Positions 1 through 11,400 of a stretch of 64,000 nucleotides of DNA are shown one piece after another. The DNA lies in the NCBI GenBank assembly GCA_030704615.1, contig CM060733.1, positions 59,458,001 through 59,522,000 of the forward strand, in the 5' to 3' direction. A model generated the notes under the pieces. That model saw nothing but the letters and a program-made list of their open reading frames with translations, did no database searches and was not told where the DNA came from. Origin of the DNA: Takakia lepidozioides. Taxonomy: Eukaryota; Plantae; Bryophyta. The first letter of the stretch is position 1. Each line of letters starts with the position of its first letter. A program made the translations under genes and the position numbers.

Positions 1-900
1 CAAATGCGGTGCAGCCCGGTACCATGATGTGGGCAGGTTACAACAGCTAGCCAAGGTGTTGAGGTATTTTCCCCTTATCCCCCGTCTATTACGAATGTAC
101 AAATGCAAGACCATTAGTGAGCTCATGACTTGGCATTCCAGGAATGCCTCAAACGATGGTTTGGTAAGGCATGTCCCAGATTCCCTTGCATGGAAGCATA
201 TAGATGCAACTTGGCCCGATTTTGCCAAGGACCCACGCAATGTGCGATTGGCTGTATCTACGGATGGAGTAAACCCGTACGGATCAAAGAGCTGCACACG
301 GTCCACATGGCCCGTGCAGTTGGTGGGATACAACCTGCCACCATGGTTGACAACAAAGAAATTATTTGTCATGTTGTCTCTCTTGATTCCAGGCAAGGAG
401 TTCGTGACAAATGCAAACATAGATGTGTATTTGCAACCATTGATTGAAGAGCTACAGGAACTATGGATTGGAGTTGAAGCTTACGACATTTTGAAACCAG
501 TAGGGCAATGGAGTTTCACCCTCCGCGCCATACTCATGTGGTCAATCCACGATTTCCCCGCATATGGCCTTGTTGCGGGTTGCAAGACGAAGGGCTACAA
601 AGGGTGCCCCATTAGTGGGCCCTATGTGGATTCACGGCACTCAAAGCCATTGGGGGTACATGGGGCATCGACGTTACCTTGCAAGAAACCACCCCTACCG
701 ACGAGTAGGAAGGCACTTCAATGGATGTGTTGAAAGGAGAATGGCACCAAATGTTGTGACACCGGAGGAGACATTGCAATTTGCAAAGGAGAAAGAGGCG
801 TTCATGGAGATTGGAGGGAGAGAAGGAAGTAGTGCGGATCCAGCCATGGAGCATGGGGTGAAGCGCCGGACAATCCTTTGGGATTTGCCATACTGGAAGG
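1..900 (+). pseudogene. CACTA (En/Spm) transposase copy 1, partial exon 1 (Transposase_21/Tnp2 region), frameshifted and cut off by a junction at ~1044
   Basis: Near-identical to 17916-18822 (STDGVNPY, IHDFPAYG motifs). A small deletion near 652 shifts the frame (ORFs 29..733 and 564..1004). Donor AAG|gtgcat at 899/900. The intron matches copy 2 only up to 1044. Confidence 0.92.
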
Positions 901-1696
901 TGCATGAATTCCCCCCCCACATTCACTCACTTTCTTTCACATTGTGCTTCCTGGAATTACCTTTACTGTCAGGAGTCCTTCCACCAACTCCTAAGTCAGT
1001 GTAACTACTATGCAGTAGATGTTGAAGTCATACACCTCACTGTGGAGACCTGCGGATGAGATATCGCGGTTTTGGATGAAATTTGGTCAGTGACGGATGA
1101 AAAATCGACCGACTGTGGATATTTTTGGAGCCTTTTGGGGGCTTGTTTGAGGACTATTTGGGGTCTATTGAAGCTAATATCTTGCAGGGTGGGTCTGCAC
1201 CAGCAACAATGGAAATATGTCAGCAACTATGGGTATTCAACGACAACACGGACGAAGACAAATGAAAGTTACAGGAAATACCTTTTGCCCTGGAAACTCC
1301 CCCTTCGACAGAGGCAATGTATTAACACATGTCCATATTTTGTTGATTTGGAACCCAGAGGACTTCATGTAGCTATGAAGAATCCGGCGGGATGCCATGT
1401 CGTCAGATTGAAATATCAGAAGCCCCCCTGAGTCAGAGAGGAACTTGTTGCAGAAAGAGAATGCCCACTGCCAATACAGAGGGTTTTGAGCATTCCACTG
1501 TGGAGTCACAGCAGGGGGAATGATATCAAGCACAGGCTGCCCATCCGGGATGTCAAGGATTACAAGGTCAGCGGCGTAAGGCTGCTGGACACCGTTCACC
1601 CAACATGGATTCTTCGTCACCTGCCAAAAGCAAATGCAAGCGAATGAAATTGGGTAGTTGGTATACATTTAGGATACTGGTAGTACAAAACACTAG

Positions 1697-1730
1697 TGGA
1701 TTAAGATGTCGTTGACGACATCTTAATCCA
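1697..1730. repeat. Isolated palindrome TGGATTAAGATGTCGT-TG-ACGACATCTTAATCCA (16-bp arms) in an intron
   Basis: Read directly; lies in predicted intron 1794-1621. Confidence 0.9.
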
Positions 1731-2565
1731 GCAAATCCAAAACCCCACAATGTCATGAAATGGGAATCAAAGTTGAAAGATGCATGGGCATTACCAGGGT
1801 GAGGAAAGAGCAGAGGTGGTCCCATGCAGGAGATTTGACCCCTGTGAATGTGGACTTCCTGGACTCCATCATACGCAGGAAGCTGACGTTTGCCATTTTC
1901 CGCTGGAACTGCGGACCCACTACTCTGGAGACACAAAGTTGGGCTTCGTAAGGTCGTTTCCCTGCCCTGTGGTTAGTCCTTTCATCAGCTGTCACGGAAA
2001 TCTGTTGGACCTTTGTACACACAATGCGATGATCTACCTGTGGGCGATCAAGAACTGCCCCACCAGTCCCTGCAGGCCCTAACCCAGAATCAACGGCAGC
2101 CGTAGCACCGGCAGACCCACCTGCCTCCGCAGTCTGTTTCCCATTGTTTTTCTTCTTCCCACCCGCAGGGGTGGATGTCTTTGTTGGCTCCTTCTTACTC
2201 AGCTGCGCAAGGAACCTAGCCTGCAACTCCTCATCTGTCCGGGGTGCCAAGGCATCTGCATTCTCATTCTGATTCCTCAAGACGTTCTCCTCCCACGGAA
2301 TGGACTGTTGAGGGCAGTCGAGGTACCACTCGCAGTCGCTGTAATGTGCCCGACCCCAGTCCTTCACAATTCCCGCACTGAACATAGTGGTGTCGTCGTC
2401 TGGGTTCGCCCATCCACGAATAAAGTCCGGATCATCACTGAGAGCCTTATCTGGAATAAGAACGAAGTGAAAGTACCTGCATCCACACCAATGTTCCTAC
2501 TCAGAGCATATATCCCCACAGACCACAAGAACTCACCTGTTCATTGCATATTTGCAGACTACACC

Positions 2566-3023
2566 TTAAGATGTCGTTGACGACATCTTAAAATCCAGGA
2601 ACTTGAAGAGAATTTGAAGAGATACAGAACAACAGAAAACAGACATGCTCAACTGAACTATTTCCGAGAGCCCAAAGAACAGCCATTTAAGATGCCGTCA
2701 ACGCCATCTTAAATCAACCCCTACGCACATGGTATTTTTTCGTTGCCTGACGAAAAATGACTTGTTGGACTACAAAAGAATGTCTGTTACGACATCTTAA
2801 ATTGCAGGAAGCACAACAAAACAATGAAGACCTGCAGATGAACAAGAAACAGATGTGTGAAACTGTACAGTTTTGAAGAGCCCAAAGGGCAATGCTTTAA
2901 GGTGTCGTCAACGCCACCTTAAATCGACCCAGTTCATACATCGAATTCTTTGTGTAGTACCGAAAAATTGCTATTTGCACTACAGACAATGCCTGTTTTA
3001 AGATGTCGTCAACGACATCTTAA
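2566..3023. repeat. Four full copies and one half copy of the TTAAGATGTCGTCAACGACATCTTAA palindrome in an intron
   Basis: Copies at ~2566, ~2687, ~2897, ~2998 and a half copy at ~2780, all inside predicted intron 3052-2477. Confidence 0.88.
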
Positions 3024-4811
3024 TGTAGTGCCATCAACATAAAAGGCAGTACCTGTACAGAACTCGTTTCATTGCCTGCTCCCCATTATACTGATGGTCA
3101 AAGTCCTGCGAGCGCAGTATTCCCCCTTCCTTCTCGAACTCACGGAAAAATGCATACTTCCACAGCTCTCTTCTCCATTTCCGAACGTATGACTGGAACT
3201 TGATGCTCGGAGTGGTCATTGTGATCTTGTAGTCCAGCAGTGATTTCTCAAAAGTATTTATAGCCCGCTTCTCCAGCTGCACAACCATCCGCCACATTTT
3301 GAGTTAATCAACATAAGAAACCATGTACTCATTGCTGGAACAGTCACAATGTTTTTATAGTCTCACCTGGCTCCAGAAGGTCGCTTTCTGCAACCAAGTG
3401 TCGAATGCGCGGTCGCTGACAGGTGTCACCACCCCAGTCTCAGGGTCCTTCATTGGTTTTGGGAATTTGTTTGTATCCCGGATGATCGGATCCGAGTTCC
3501 AGATTTCCAGCCACCTCACTTTCTGAGCAGGGTCAACCATGGAAATTGAAAGGCGGTGGAGCTTTTCCTGTGTCATCTCTAGCTTAGTGGGCTTGTTCCA
3601 GTGGATCCGAACCCCTTTCCCAATCCGGGGTCAGCGATTCGAATGTGTTTGTCAAACGCGCTCTTGAGGTTCTTCATGCACATATCCATGTCCGCCTTCA
3701 TTTTTGCCTCCACCCCATTTGCCGTTCTCTCATCCTCATCGGTAGTGGCGTAATACTCCAGCTTGGCTTGTTTTCCTGCTTCTGCTATTTCTTGTTGTGA
3801 CACACCCATGTAACCCTCGTGTCAACAAAACCAAAGCAAAAACATGACATATCCATAATTCAAGAAGAATGGCAGTCCGCACATAAACTCACCGCGTACA
3901 AGTAGTCGAGAAACACCTCCCTTGTCAGGTTGTACCAAGTCTCATTCTTCTTGATCGTTTGGCACTTTTTCAGTGTGTCCGGGGACAAGACACTCGCAAA
4001 CGTTTCCAACGGCATCACTCCTATGCTTTGCATACGAAACAAGGAATGGACTATGTTGGTGGTGACATGGGATGTCTCCGTCCCCCTGCAATGCGAACAG
4101 GTCAGTTGACAAAGTTTAAAGATTGACAGAACAATGAAATTGGAGACAAGAAGTGGGCAAGACTCTTACTTGTTGATATCGTGCATTGCAGTTAGAAGCT
4201 GCGTGAACTTCCCCTCCGGATCGAGGACCATTGACTCAACCCGATAGTGTCACTCTATGTTCTCCGCATACATCCTGCTGATGTACTCCATCCAGGCCAC
4301 CAAATGGTGGTTGCCATCCCAGACAAAGAACATTTAGTTCATGTACCGGATGTGTGCTGGGTTCTGTGAAAGCTCAATCTCAAACTCCGTATTCACTTCT
4401 TTCCAAAGCGGGTCCCAACTGTCCATTACATCGAGGTCAACCAATTTCTCAGATCCCTGGAGATCAGTCAATGACACGTAAAACACAGCCGAACTCTTCA
4501 AGTACCCATGGATAAAATCCCCTTGTAGCTTCTTGATGTCGTGGTGAAGGGCAAGCCGAACTGCTGTCATAGAAATCATCCGGCACAGAGGAATGAAAAG
4601 AGTGTCGTCTTTCACTACCATGGAGTTGATGACTTTCCTCGAGTTCACCTTGGTGGTGTACATAAGAGAGTGCACCTTGGCTTCATAGTTGGCGTCCACA
4701 ACAACGTCCTTGTCTTCAAGAACAACTGTTTCCTCTGCAGGCTGGCTTCCCCCGGCTTTCTTTCTCTTTTTCTGCAGAATGCAATGTGTTAGGACACACA
4801 AATCATGGCAC

Positions 4812-5766
4812 GATTAAGATGTCGTCAACAACATCTTAATTTGATGTTATTCCATGGTGATTTCCCAATGTTTGAGGGTCAATGCAGTTGTAGATTAAGG
4901 TGTCGTTGACGACATCTCAATCTGTTGTAGTTCTAGAGTGTTTCAGATTGCTTCAGTGTTTCAGAGTGATTTTCTCATGTTTTGGGTTCAATTCATTGGA
5001 GATGAAGATGTCGTCAATGACATCTTAATCTACTACAGTTATAGGGTGATTTTCGCATGTTTTGAACTGAATGCAGGAGCAGATTAAGATGTCGTCAACG
5101 CCCACCTTAATCTGATGTAGTTGTAGGGTGTTTTTTGGATGTTTTATGTTGAATTCATTGGCAGATTAAGATGTCGTCAACGACAGCTTAATCGGCGGTT
5201 TTTCAAGGGTGATTTCCCCATGTTTGAGGTTCAATGCAGTGGTAGATTAAGGTCTCGTTGACGACATCTTAATCTGCTATAGTTCTAGTGTGCTCCAGAT
5301 TGATTTTTTGATGTTTTCGGTTCACATCATTGGAGATTAAGATGTCGTCAATGACATCTTAATGTGCTACAGTTGTAGGGTGTTTTTCTCATATGTTGGA
5401 CTGAATGTAGAAGCAGATTAAGATGTCGTCAACGCCACCTTAATCTGCTGTAGTTGTAGGGTGTTTTTTGGATGTCTTAAGTTCAATTCATTGGCAGATT
5501 AAAATGTCGTTAACGACAGCTTAATCGGCTATTTTCCTAGAGTGATTTCCCCATGTTTGAGGTTGACTGCAGAGGCAGATTAAGATGTCGTCAATGACAT
5601 CAATCTGCTGTTTTTCAAGGTGATTTCCCCATTTTCGAAGTTGAATGCAGTGACAGATTAAGCTGTCGTCAATGACAGCTTAATCTGTTGTAGTTCTTGG
5701 GTGTTTTCTCCATGTTTTTGGTAGAACGTAGTAGCAGATTAAGGTGTTGTCAACGACACCTTAATC
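4812..5766. repeat. Tandem array of 12 units (~81-bp period) with conserved 30-bp palindromic core GATTAAGATGTCGT-CA-ACGACATCTTAATC
   Basis: Cores start at 4812, 4893, 5001, 5082, 5164, 5245, 5335, 5416, 5497, 5578, 5656, 5737. The ~51-bp linkers are homologous to each other but more diverged. A higher-order 4-unit repeat of ~334 bp is visible. Confidence 0.95.
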
Positions 5767-6198
5767 TTCCTTCACTTTAACCTTCCTAAGTAAACCTTTA
5801 CCTGCAAAGGTGACCTTTTAGGTAGCGTTATCGACACCTCAATCTAACTCCTTTGTGTTGCAAAGACCATGGATTCGAATGTACGAACTAACCTTCTCTG
5901 GCTTCGTTCCTCCGCTAGAAGACCCGCCCCCCACTGCACACCTTCTGCCTTGCACCTGGCTCTTCTCCTTCACGGATTTTGGAGGCACTTGTGTGTTTTT
6001 CTCCTGCTCCTCAGTGCCTGTGACCTGTCGTGGACACTGCATTATTTGCACCTCCTCCTCCTGAGCGACATGACCCTGTTCTGGCATGGTCTGCTCTTGA
6101 ACTGCAGGATCCACAGATGAGATCGGACGCTGACTCTCCCAAGCCTTCTTCCGCTTTCTCTGCCAAAAAACATAATGAAGGTAAGCATTGCAGGCCCA

Positions 6199-6432
6199 GA
6201 TTAAGGTGTCGTCAACGCCATCTTAATCCTATACATATTGCAGGCTGTTGCACTCATACAGCGACAGCATTGGGCTCGCTACAACTAAGAGCTTTGCCTC
6301 TCGGAGGTGGCAGATTAAGTTGTCGTCATCGATAGCTTACTCACTTTGCTCTGAACTTGTTCGAAACCCTTTCAAATGCAATGGTGGACATGATGCGATG
6401 CCGTTTAAGCAATCGTCAAAGTCATCTTCAAC
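6199..6432. repeat. Further degenerate copies of the same palindrome in an upstream intron
   Basis: GATTAAGGTGTCGTCAACGCCATCTTAATC at 6199; weaker copies at ~6313 and ~6405. Confidence 0.75.
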
Positions 6433-7297
6433 TCAAATGTATGTTTCTTACTGCTCTTCTTATCGCTTCGAGTCAGGGAACAAGGTCATGTAAAGCCAAT
6501 GTGCTGCTGAACTCACCTGGATCAAACTCTGTCCACCGCTGGAAGTGTCCTCCTCTCCCAGCCCGACGTTGCTTTCTGCTTGAGCCTTCTCCTTCAACGG
6601 GCGCAAAGACAGCTGCATGGAGGAGGGCCGCCCCCTTGTCGGCAGGCCCCTCTGCGGACTTTGTTGCGTTGCCTCCTCCTCCGCAGGAGTACCGCTCTCC
6701 CTTTCGACTTCCTCCTCCTGTATCGGTTGCAATAGAGGCAGCTCCAATAGATCCTCGAGCTACTTTTCCAGAATGGGCTCCTTCCCTGCCAAACTCTCCA
6801 TCCCTTCGCCCACAGAACCCTCCCCCTCACGATCGCTCCCTCCCTTTGACAAGTTCAAGCCCTCCTAGCTTTCTTCATCCTCTCTCTTGCTCTCAACCTC
6901 TGCCTAGCAGACGTGAAGTACAGAGACCGCCTTCTCGCTCTCTTCTTTCCGGAAATGCTCTCGTTCTTGGGATGCTCCAGTGTGGCGAGTCTGAAATGAT
7001 GAACGCCAGAATGTAACCTTCGAAGACATCCCTCGGGCAAATGACAAAAGTTGATGGCGGTTAGGTTTTCATCCCTCCCTCTCAAGGAAACTAATCATCC
7101 AAAAACGTAACGGCTCATAATTGGGGTTTTTGTTTTTTGGCGGGATGCTTGCGGGCTATCTCGCAGAGAACTCGACACCTGTTGCCCTTGCAAGACACTT
7201 AAATATAGGCATGTCACATATCCATGTTAGACATAAGGGGTTCGACCCACACCGCAGTCACTGAGGATGTGGCATCTGCAAAGTCGGCCGCAATTCT

Positions 7298-7930
7298 CAC
7301 TAGAAGCATTCGTGTCATTTACCACTGGGGTAACGACTCATTTTGAGTCGTAAAAGTCAAAAAACAGGGATCGACTGGAAGTTACAACAGACGTGGTAGT
7401 TGGGTTGGACATCCAATGATTGGAGTGGTAAAGGACGTAGACACGCGAACAACTGCTCAACGATTAATGCGATTAATGCTGAAGAACCACGTGGCGTAAC
7501 CAGGCGGGCCGCCCGTGTGTCTGATGTTTTGAGCTGACTTTGACTTTTCCCTCCGGATGAGTGGACTGACTCACCTGGGGCGCGGTGACACATGGACGCG
7601 GACGTGGATGCGGTCGTGGATGCCGATGTGGCGGCGCCTCGACGAGCGGTAATGCCGCCGCGTGGCCACGGGCTCAAGACGCCACATCGCAGTCGGCCAC
7701 ATAACTTGGAGTGTTGCATGTCACGTGGCAACAGCCACTGGCGAAGTCGACTGCACAACTGCCGGCAGACGAATCCACGGGGACCACGTGGAGAGTGTGT
7801 GGGTCGACGCGTGGCGTCGTCCCCACGCAATGGCAGTGAGGGGTACGACTGCTAGTGGAAAGACGCAGAGTGCTTGTGCCATCTCGGGACTGCTTTGGCC
7901 AACTCCGCTGCCACTATGCTAGTTGGTTGC
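7298..7930 (+). mobile_element. CACTA terminus (CACTAGAAGCATTCGTGTCATTTACCAC) with subterminal region
   Basis: Homology with the inverted copy at 24418-26945 stops exactly at CACTA (7298-7302) and TAGTG (26941-26945). Subterminal hairpin ACGACTC-N5-GAGTCGT at 7333-7351, then a CpG-rich, palindrome-rich stretch. Confidence 0.85.
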
Positions 7931-8411
7931 ACTACAGTAGGAAAGCACTGCAAATGAACACTTGTAGTGGTTTGTGTGAGTTGTCCAACTGACTTGCATT
8001 CTAAGCTGAAAATATGGTTCTGATGCATTCTATTGGTTTTAGTGGTTCACCCATATGCAGGGGGAATTGAGAAGCAATGATACTGGGCGACACTCAGAAC
8101 ACAGACCACGATGCATGCACAACATCGCGCTAATGAACCAAATAGACGAGGCAACAGGGAGACCAAAGACCATCACACATACACATAGAAGGTGGACGGA
8201 CACGACGACAAGTCAGGAAATGGAATATTGCATTGAAATTGGAGACCGTCACGGCACACCTGCATATGAGCAAGACTAAATGCCAACATACATGGTTGCC
8301 GGACATCACTTAAACTGTCATGGCCCAAATGTACAAAACTGGTAACGTGAGTATCATACACACTTCTATGAGTATCATTACACACCCAACAGGGACTACA
8401 AACATGAAATG

Positions 8412-11400
8412 TCACTTGATACCTTCACCCCTCCTCATACTCTTCTCTGGCCATAGAGTCACCGTGCCTTTCACGTGCGCTAGTGTGGTCTGGGGGGGGG
8501 CATCGTCCACATTTGGGCAAGGCAGTGTAACACTTGGAAGCATGATCTCGTGGACTTTCACCTTGTACCACCCGGATGGAATGTCCTTGCAGTGGAACTT
8601 GTCAACCCCGGCTATTCCCACCACCTCCGCCTTGGCGGCGGCTGTCTTTGACCGCTTGTCATGGGGGTTCAGGAGAAGCACAGGATCTGATATCTGCAGA
8701 CACCAACATCAGGGTCCACTCAGCAACAAACATAGCAATGACAGGGTGAAAGTCAAGCGCAGCTGGGCATGGAAATGATCTTGGTTGCCACAATACTGAA
8801 TCAGCAGCAAATTCATGGTATACCAACCTACCTTGAAGCGAAGCTCGTCGCTGAGGGTGGCAACTGAGGAAAGCTGCCCACGTGTCTTCAACTGCAGCAG
8901 CAAAAAGAGGTTTAGTCAGACGGATAAGAATAACATGAACTCTGGTGGTTGCAATGGTATAAACACACCTCCACGGAGCAAGCTAACTTACACCCTGCTC
9001 AGACTGTGCACACTACAACCTCCTGGCAAAAATAACCCTACTAAAAACCAGCCAGGCAAAGCAAGGAGCCATGAATGCATGCCTGGGGAACCACGTCCTG
9101 CTGCGATGATGGTGCCGGGGACAGCCCACTCCTCTTGCTCACCTGCAATGAATACACATTGCAACGCTTCAGGAAGTGTATCCATAAAGGAAACCAACCA
9201 AGTAAGTTTGCGGAGAGGGGCTGGGAACAACCATACCTTGGAGCCTGCCTCCTCATGCCGGGGGGGAATCCGGAATGCTGCCGCCGTAGCACTATGGTCC
9301 TTGGCGCAGGACCCACCTTCTTCACAGACGACCCCACTGCCACTCCCTGTACATGTGGTCCCTGCAAAACATATAGTGCCAGCCTTGCGTGAGAGGGCAT
9401 CCGGGGGGAACAAAACAAACATATCTTATCCATCGATGTCATGTTGCAAACAGTAAGGTTAGTTTCACCTGCATGGGCGCAGAAGTACTTCCCCCAACGA
9501 CCCCATCCTCTCCCACATTCAAGCTGCCAGTCGGGGTCAGCTTCCGCGTGCTTGTGAAGACACGCACATCCTTGGAGCAAAACAAATCTTGGCAGTAGGG
9601 CCAGACTGTTTCTAAAAGGTACTCTGAATCGGGCCCCTCACTGACATTGCTAGTGACATCAAACGACAATGGATGGACCATGTTCAAAGGGGAGTTCCCC
9701 CTCCCCTTGTGTGGTGAATCATCCACTAGGAGGGTGTTGGATTCGTTAAATCCAGAAAATTCCGACCACACCCTCGACAGTCTCTTCTGTAAGTTCTGTA
9801 CGGCAGGCCCTTTTGTGGGGTGTGGCTCTGTCAAGGGGTCACACTCCTCTTGTGACCACACAAAGAGGGGAGAACCCTTGACCCCCTGCATCACCACTTT
9901 GAAGATGTCTGCAACATTCCCCTTGGAAGCACAGGACCATATCCCAACGTAGAAATGCTGGAAGAGAAGGTTTAAAAACTCGCAGACCTGGGGCCTTGGG
10001 AAAACATACTTGTTGGTGGTCAACACCCATGGCCAATGACGCCTCGGGTTGGGCTGAAAGTTAGGAATAGAGTGGCACAGGATCCCGTTCAGGTCTAGAA
10101 CAATTAGTTTCGACTTTTCTATGAAAGGAGCTTTTGAAGGGGTGTCACGGGGTCTCACCTCAGTGGGTTGGGAGACAACAGTCACCCTGGAGGGCAAAGT
10201 TTCGGTCCCCCTGCAGCCTGGACCAGGCAAACTACCACCCTCTCCCCCTACAGCTTCCCCTTTTCCTTGATAGAATGAGCAATGACCCCCCCATCGTCCA
10301 TGTCATCCCCACCAACTCGCTGGACCTCTCCCTCTTCAACGAGTGGACCCTACCCCCCACTGTGAATATCATCAACAACAGGCTGGACCTCTGTCACATC
10401 CCTACCCACTACAATTACTTCCTCCTTCTCAGGTACAATGGTCGCAGCAGGGGGGTCTTCCATAATGCCACCCGTCACACCCCCTTTTTGCCTCATCATG
10501 AGTTCCACTATCTTCTTCAGTTGTGCTTCCATTCCCCTCTCCCGCTCCGCAGAGAGAGCCGCAAGCCTCTCCAGGCCCCGATGCGGGCTGCCATTGAGTT
10601 CCCCGCTCCCTACGCATACAAACACCCACCCGTACTGTTAAAAACCAGAAGAAGAGGCCGAATGTGCAGGATTTCAGGCATTCGGAGATGGCTGGGTTTG
10701 GCATAACACCCCTCGTGTACCATGCGTGGGGGCCCCACATACCCACCAAATCTTAGTACAACAACAGATTCATGAATGGAAACCGGACTTCAAAACATAC
10801 CTGGCTCAAAACAGACTCTGATGGGGTGCCAGTCGCATAGTTCTTTTGCTCCGCCCCGAGCTCGGACAGTGACGGGCTCCGCGCTTTGCGTCTTTTCTGT
10901 ATTTGCCCATCCACACACTGTCAGTACAAAATGCCAGGAGCATATGGACAAAGCACTGCCCTGCATATCACATAACAACTAATTCTGCACAAGCAATAAA
11001 ACCCACTCGTGGGTGTCTCTTCCATCAGAACATGCCACAACGTAGGAGCAATGAGAAGGGGGTGAGGAGATTACCAAACGGGCTGCTTGGCCTGCAACTC
11101 CTGCCCGGCCCCAACGCGAGGGGTTCGTGACACAAGCACGCGCTTGCTTCATCCCTTCAGCCTTTGCAAGTCCACGAGGGGACTCCCAGTAGGCAACAAG
11201 CTTATCCCAATAGGCGGGTTCAGTGTTCATTGGCCTCACACCAGTCTTTGCCCATTTATCTTTCAGTTTTGCTCTTTCTCCTTTCATTATCTTCCCACAT
11301 TGCTTCACTATAAAATCACGATTGGCAGGGATAGGTCTGTACTCGTACATTCCATTTATGCCCTCTATTACTGTTGACATGGCACTCTGGGACTGCTGGT

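Larger units (their letters stand above)
1045..7029 (-). pseudogene. Multi-exon gene, N-terminal half: low-complexity N-terminus, ParB/Sulfiredoxin-like domain, then the motif-IV part of an amino-DNA-methyltransferase-like domain
   Basis: Exons read by eye: ~6750-6517, ~6160-5892, 4771-4170, ~4087-3893, ~3790-3367, ~3297-3053, 2476-1795, 1620-1282, 1049-1045, mostly with GT..AG borders in compatible phases. Reading through the stop at 4334 gives MFFVWDGNHHLVAW. Exon 1620-1282 gives DLVILDIPDG...WN...AFSFCNKFLSDSGGLLIF. In-frame stops at 4334, 4250 and 3579. The start ATG at 7029 is tentative. Confidence 0.7.

Noticed and set aside
4824-4829. Palindrome centre GTCAAC/GTTGAC equals a HincII-type site (GTYRAC), suggesting the MTase target
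   Set aside because: Several copies have GTCAAT and nothing links the protein to that specificity; likely coincidental.
4812-5766. CRISPR array
   Set aside because: The spacers are homologous to one another and form a higher-order repeat, no cas genes are present, and the context is a eukaryotic intron.
6357-7016. 219-aa Pro/Ser-rich plus-strand ORF
   Set aside because: Antisense to purine-rich minus-strand exons; no domain features.
1045-7029. Bacterial contamination as the source of the ParB/MTase motifs
   Set aside because: The gene has spliceosomal introns, including one inside motif I, and is joined to plant transposon sequence.
7357-7922. ORFs in the GC-rich subterminal region
   Set aside because: Frames are not preserved in the second copy (26329-26809); explained by high GC content.
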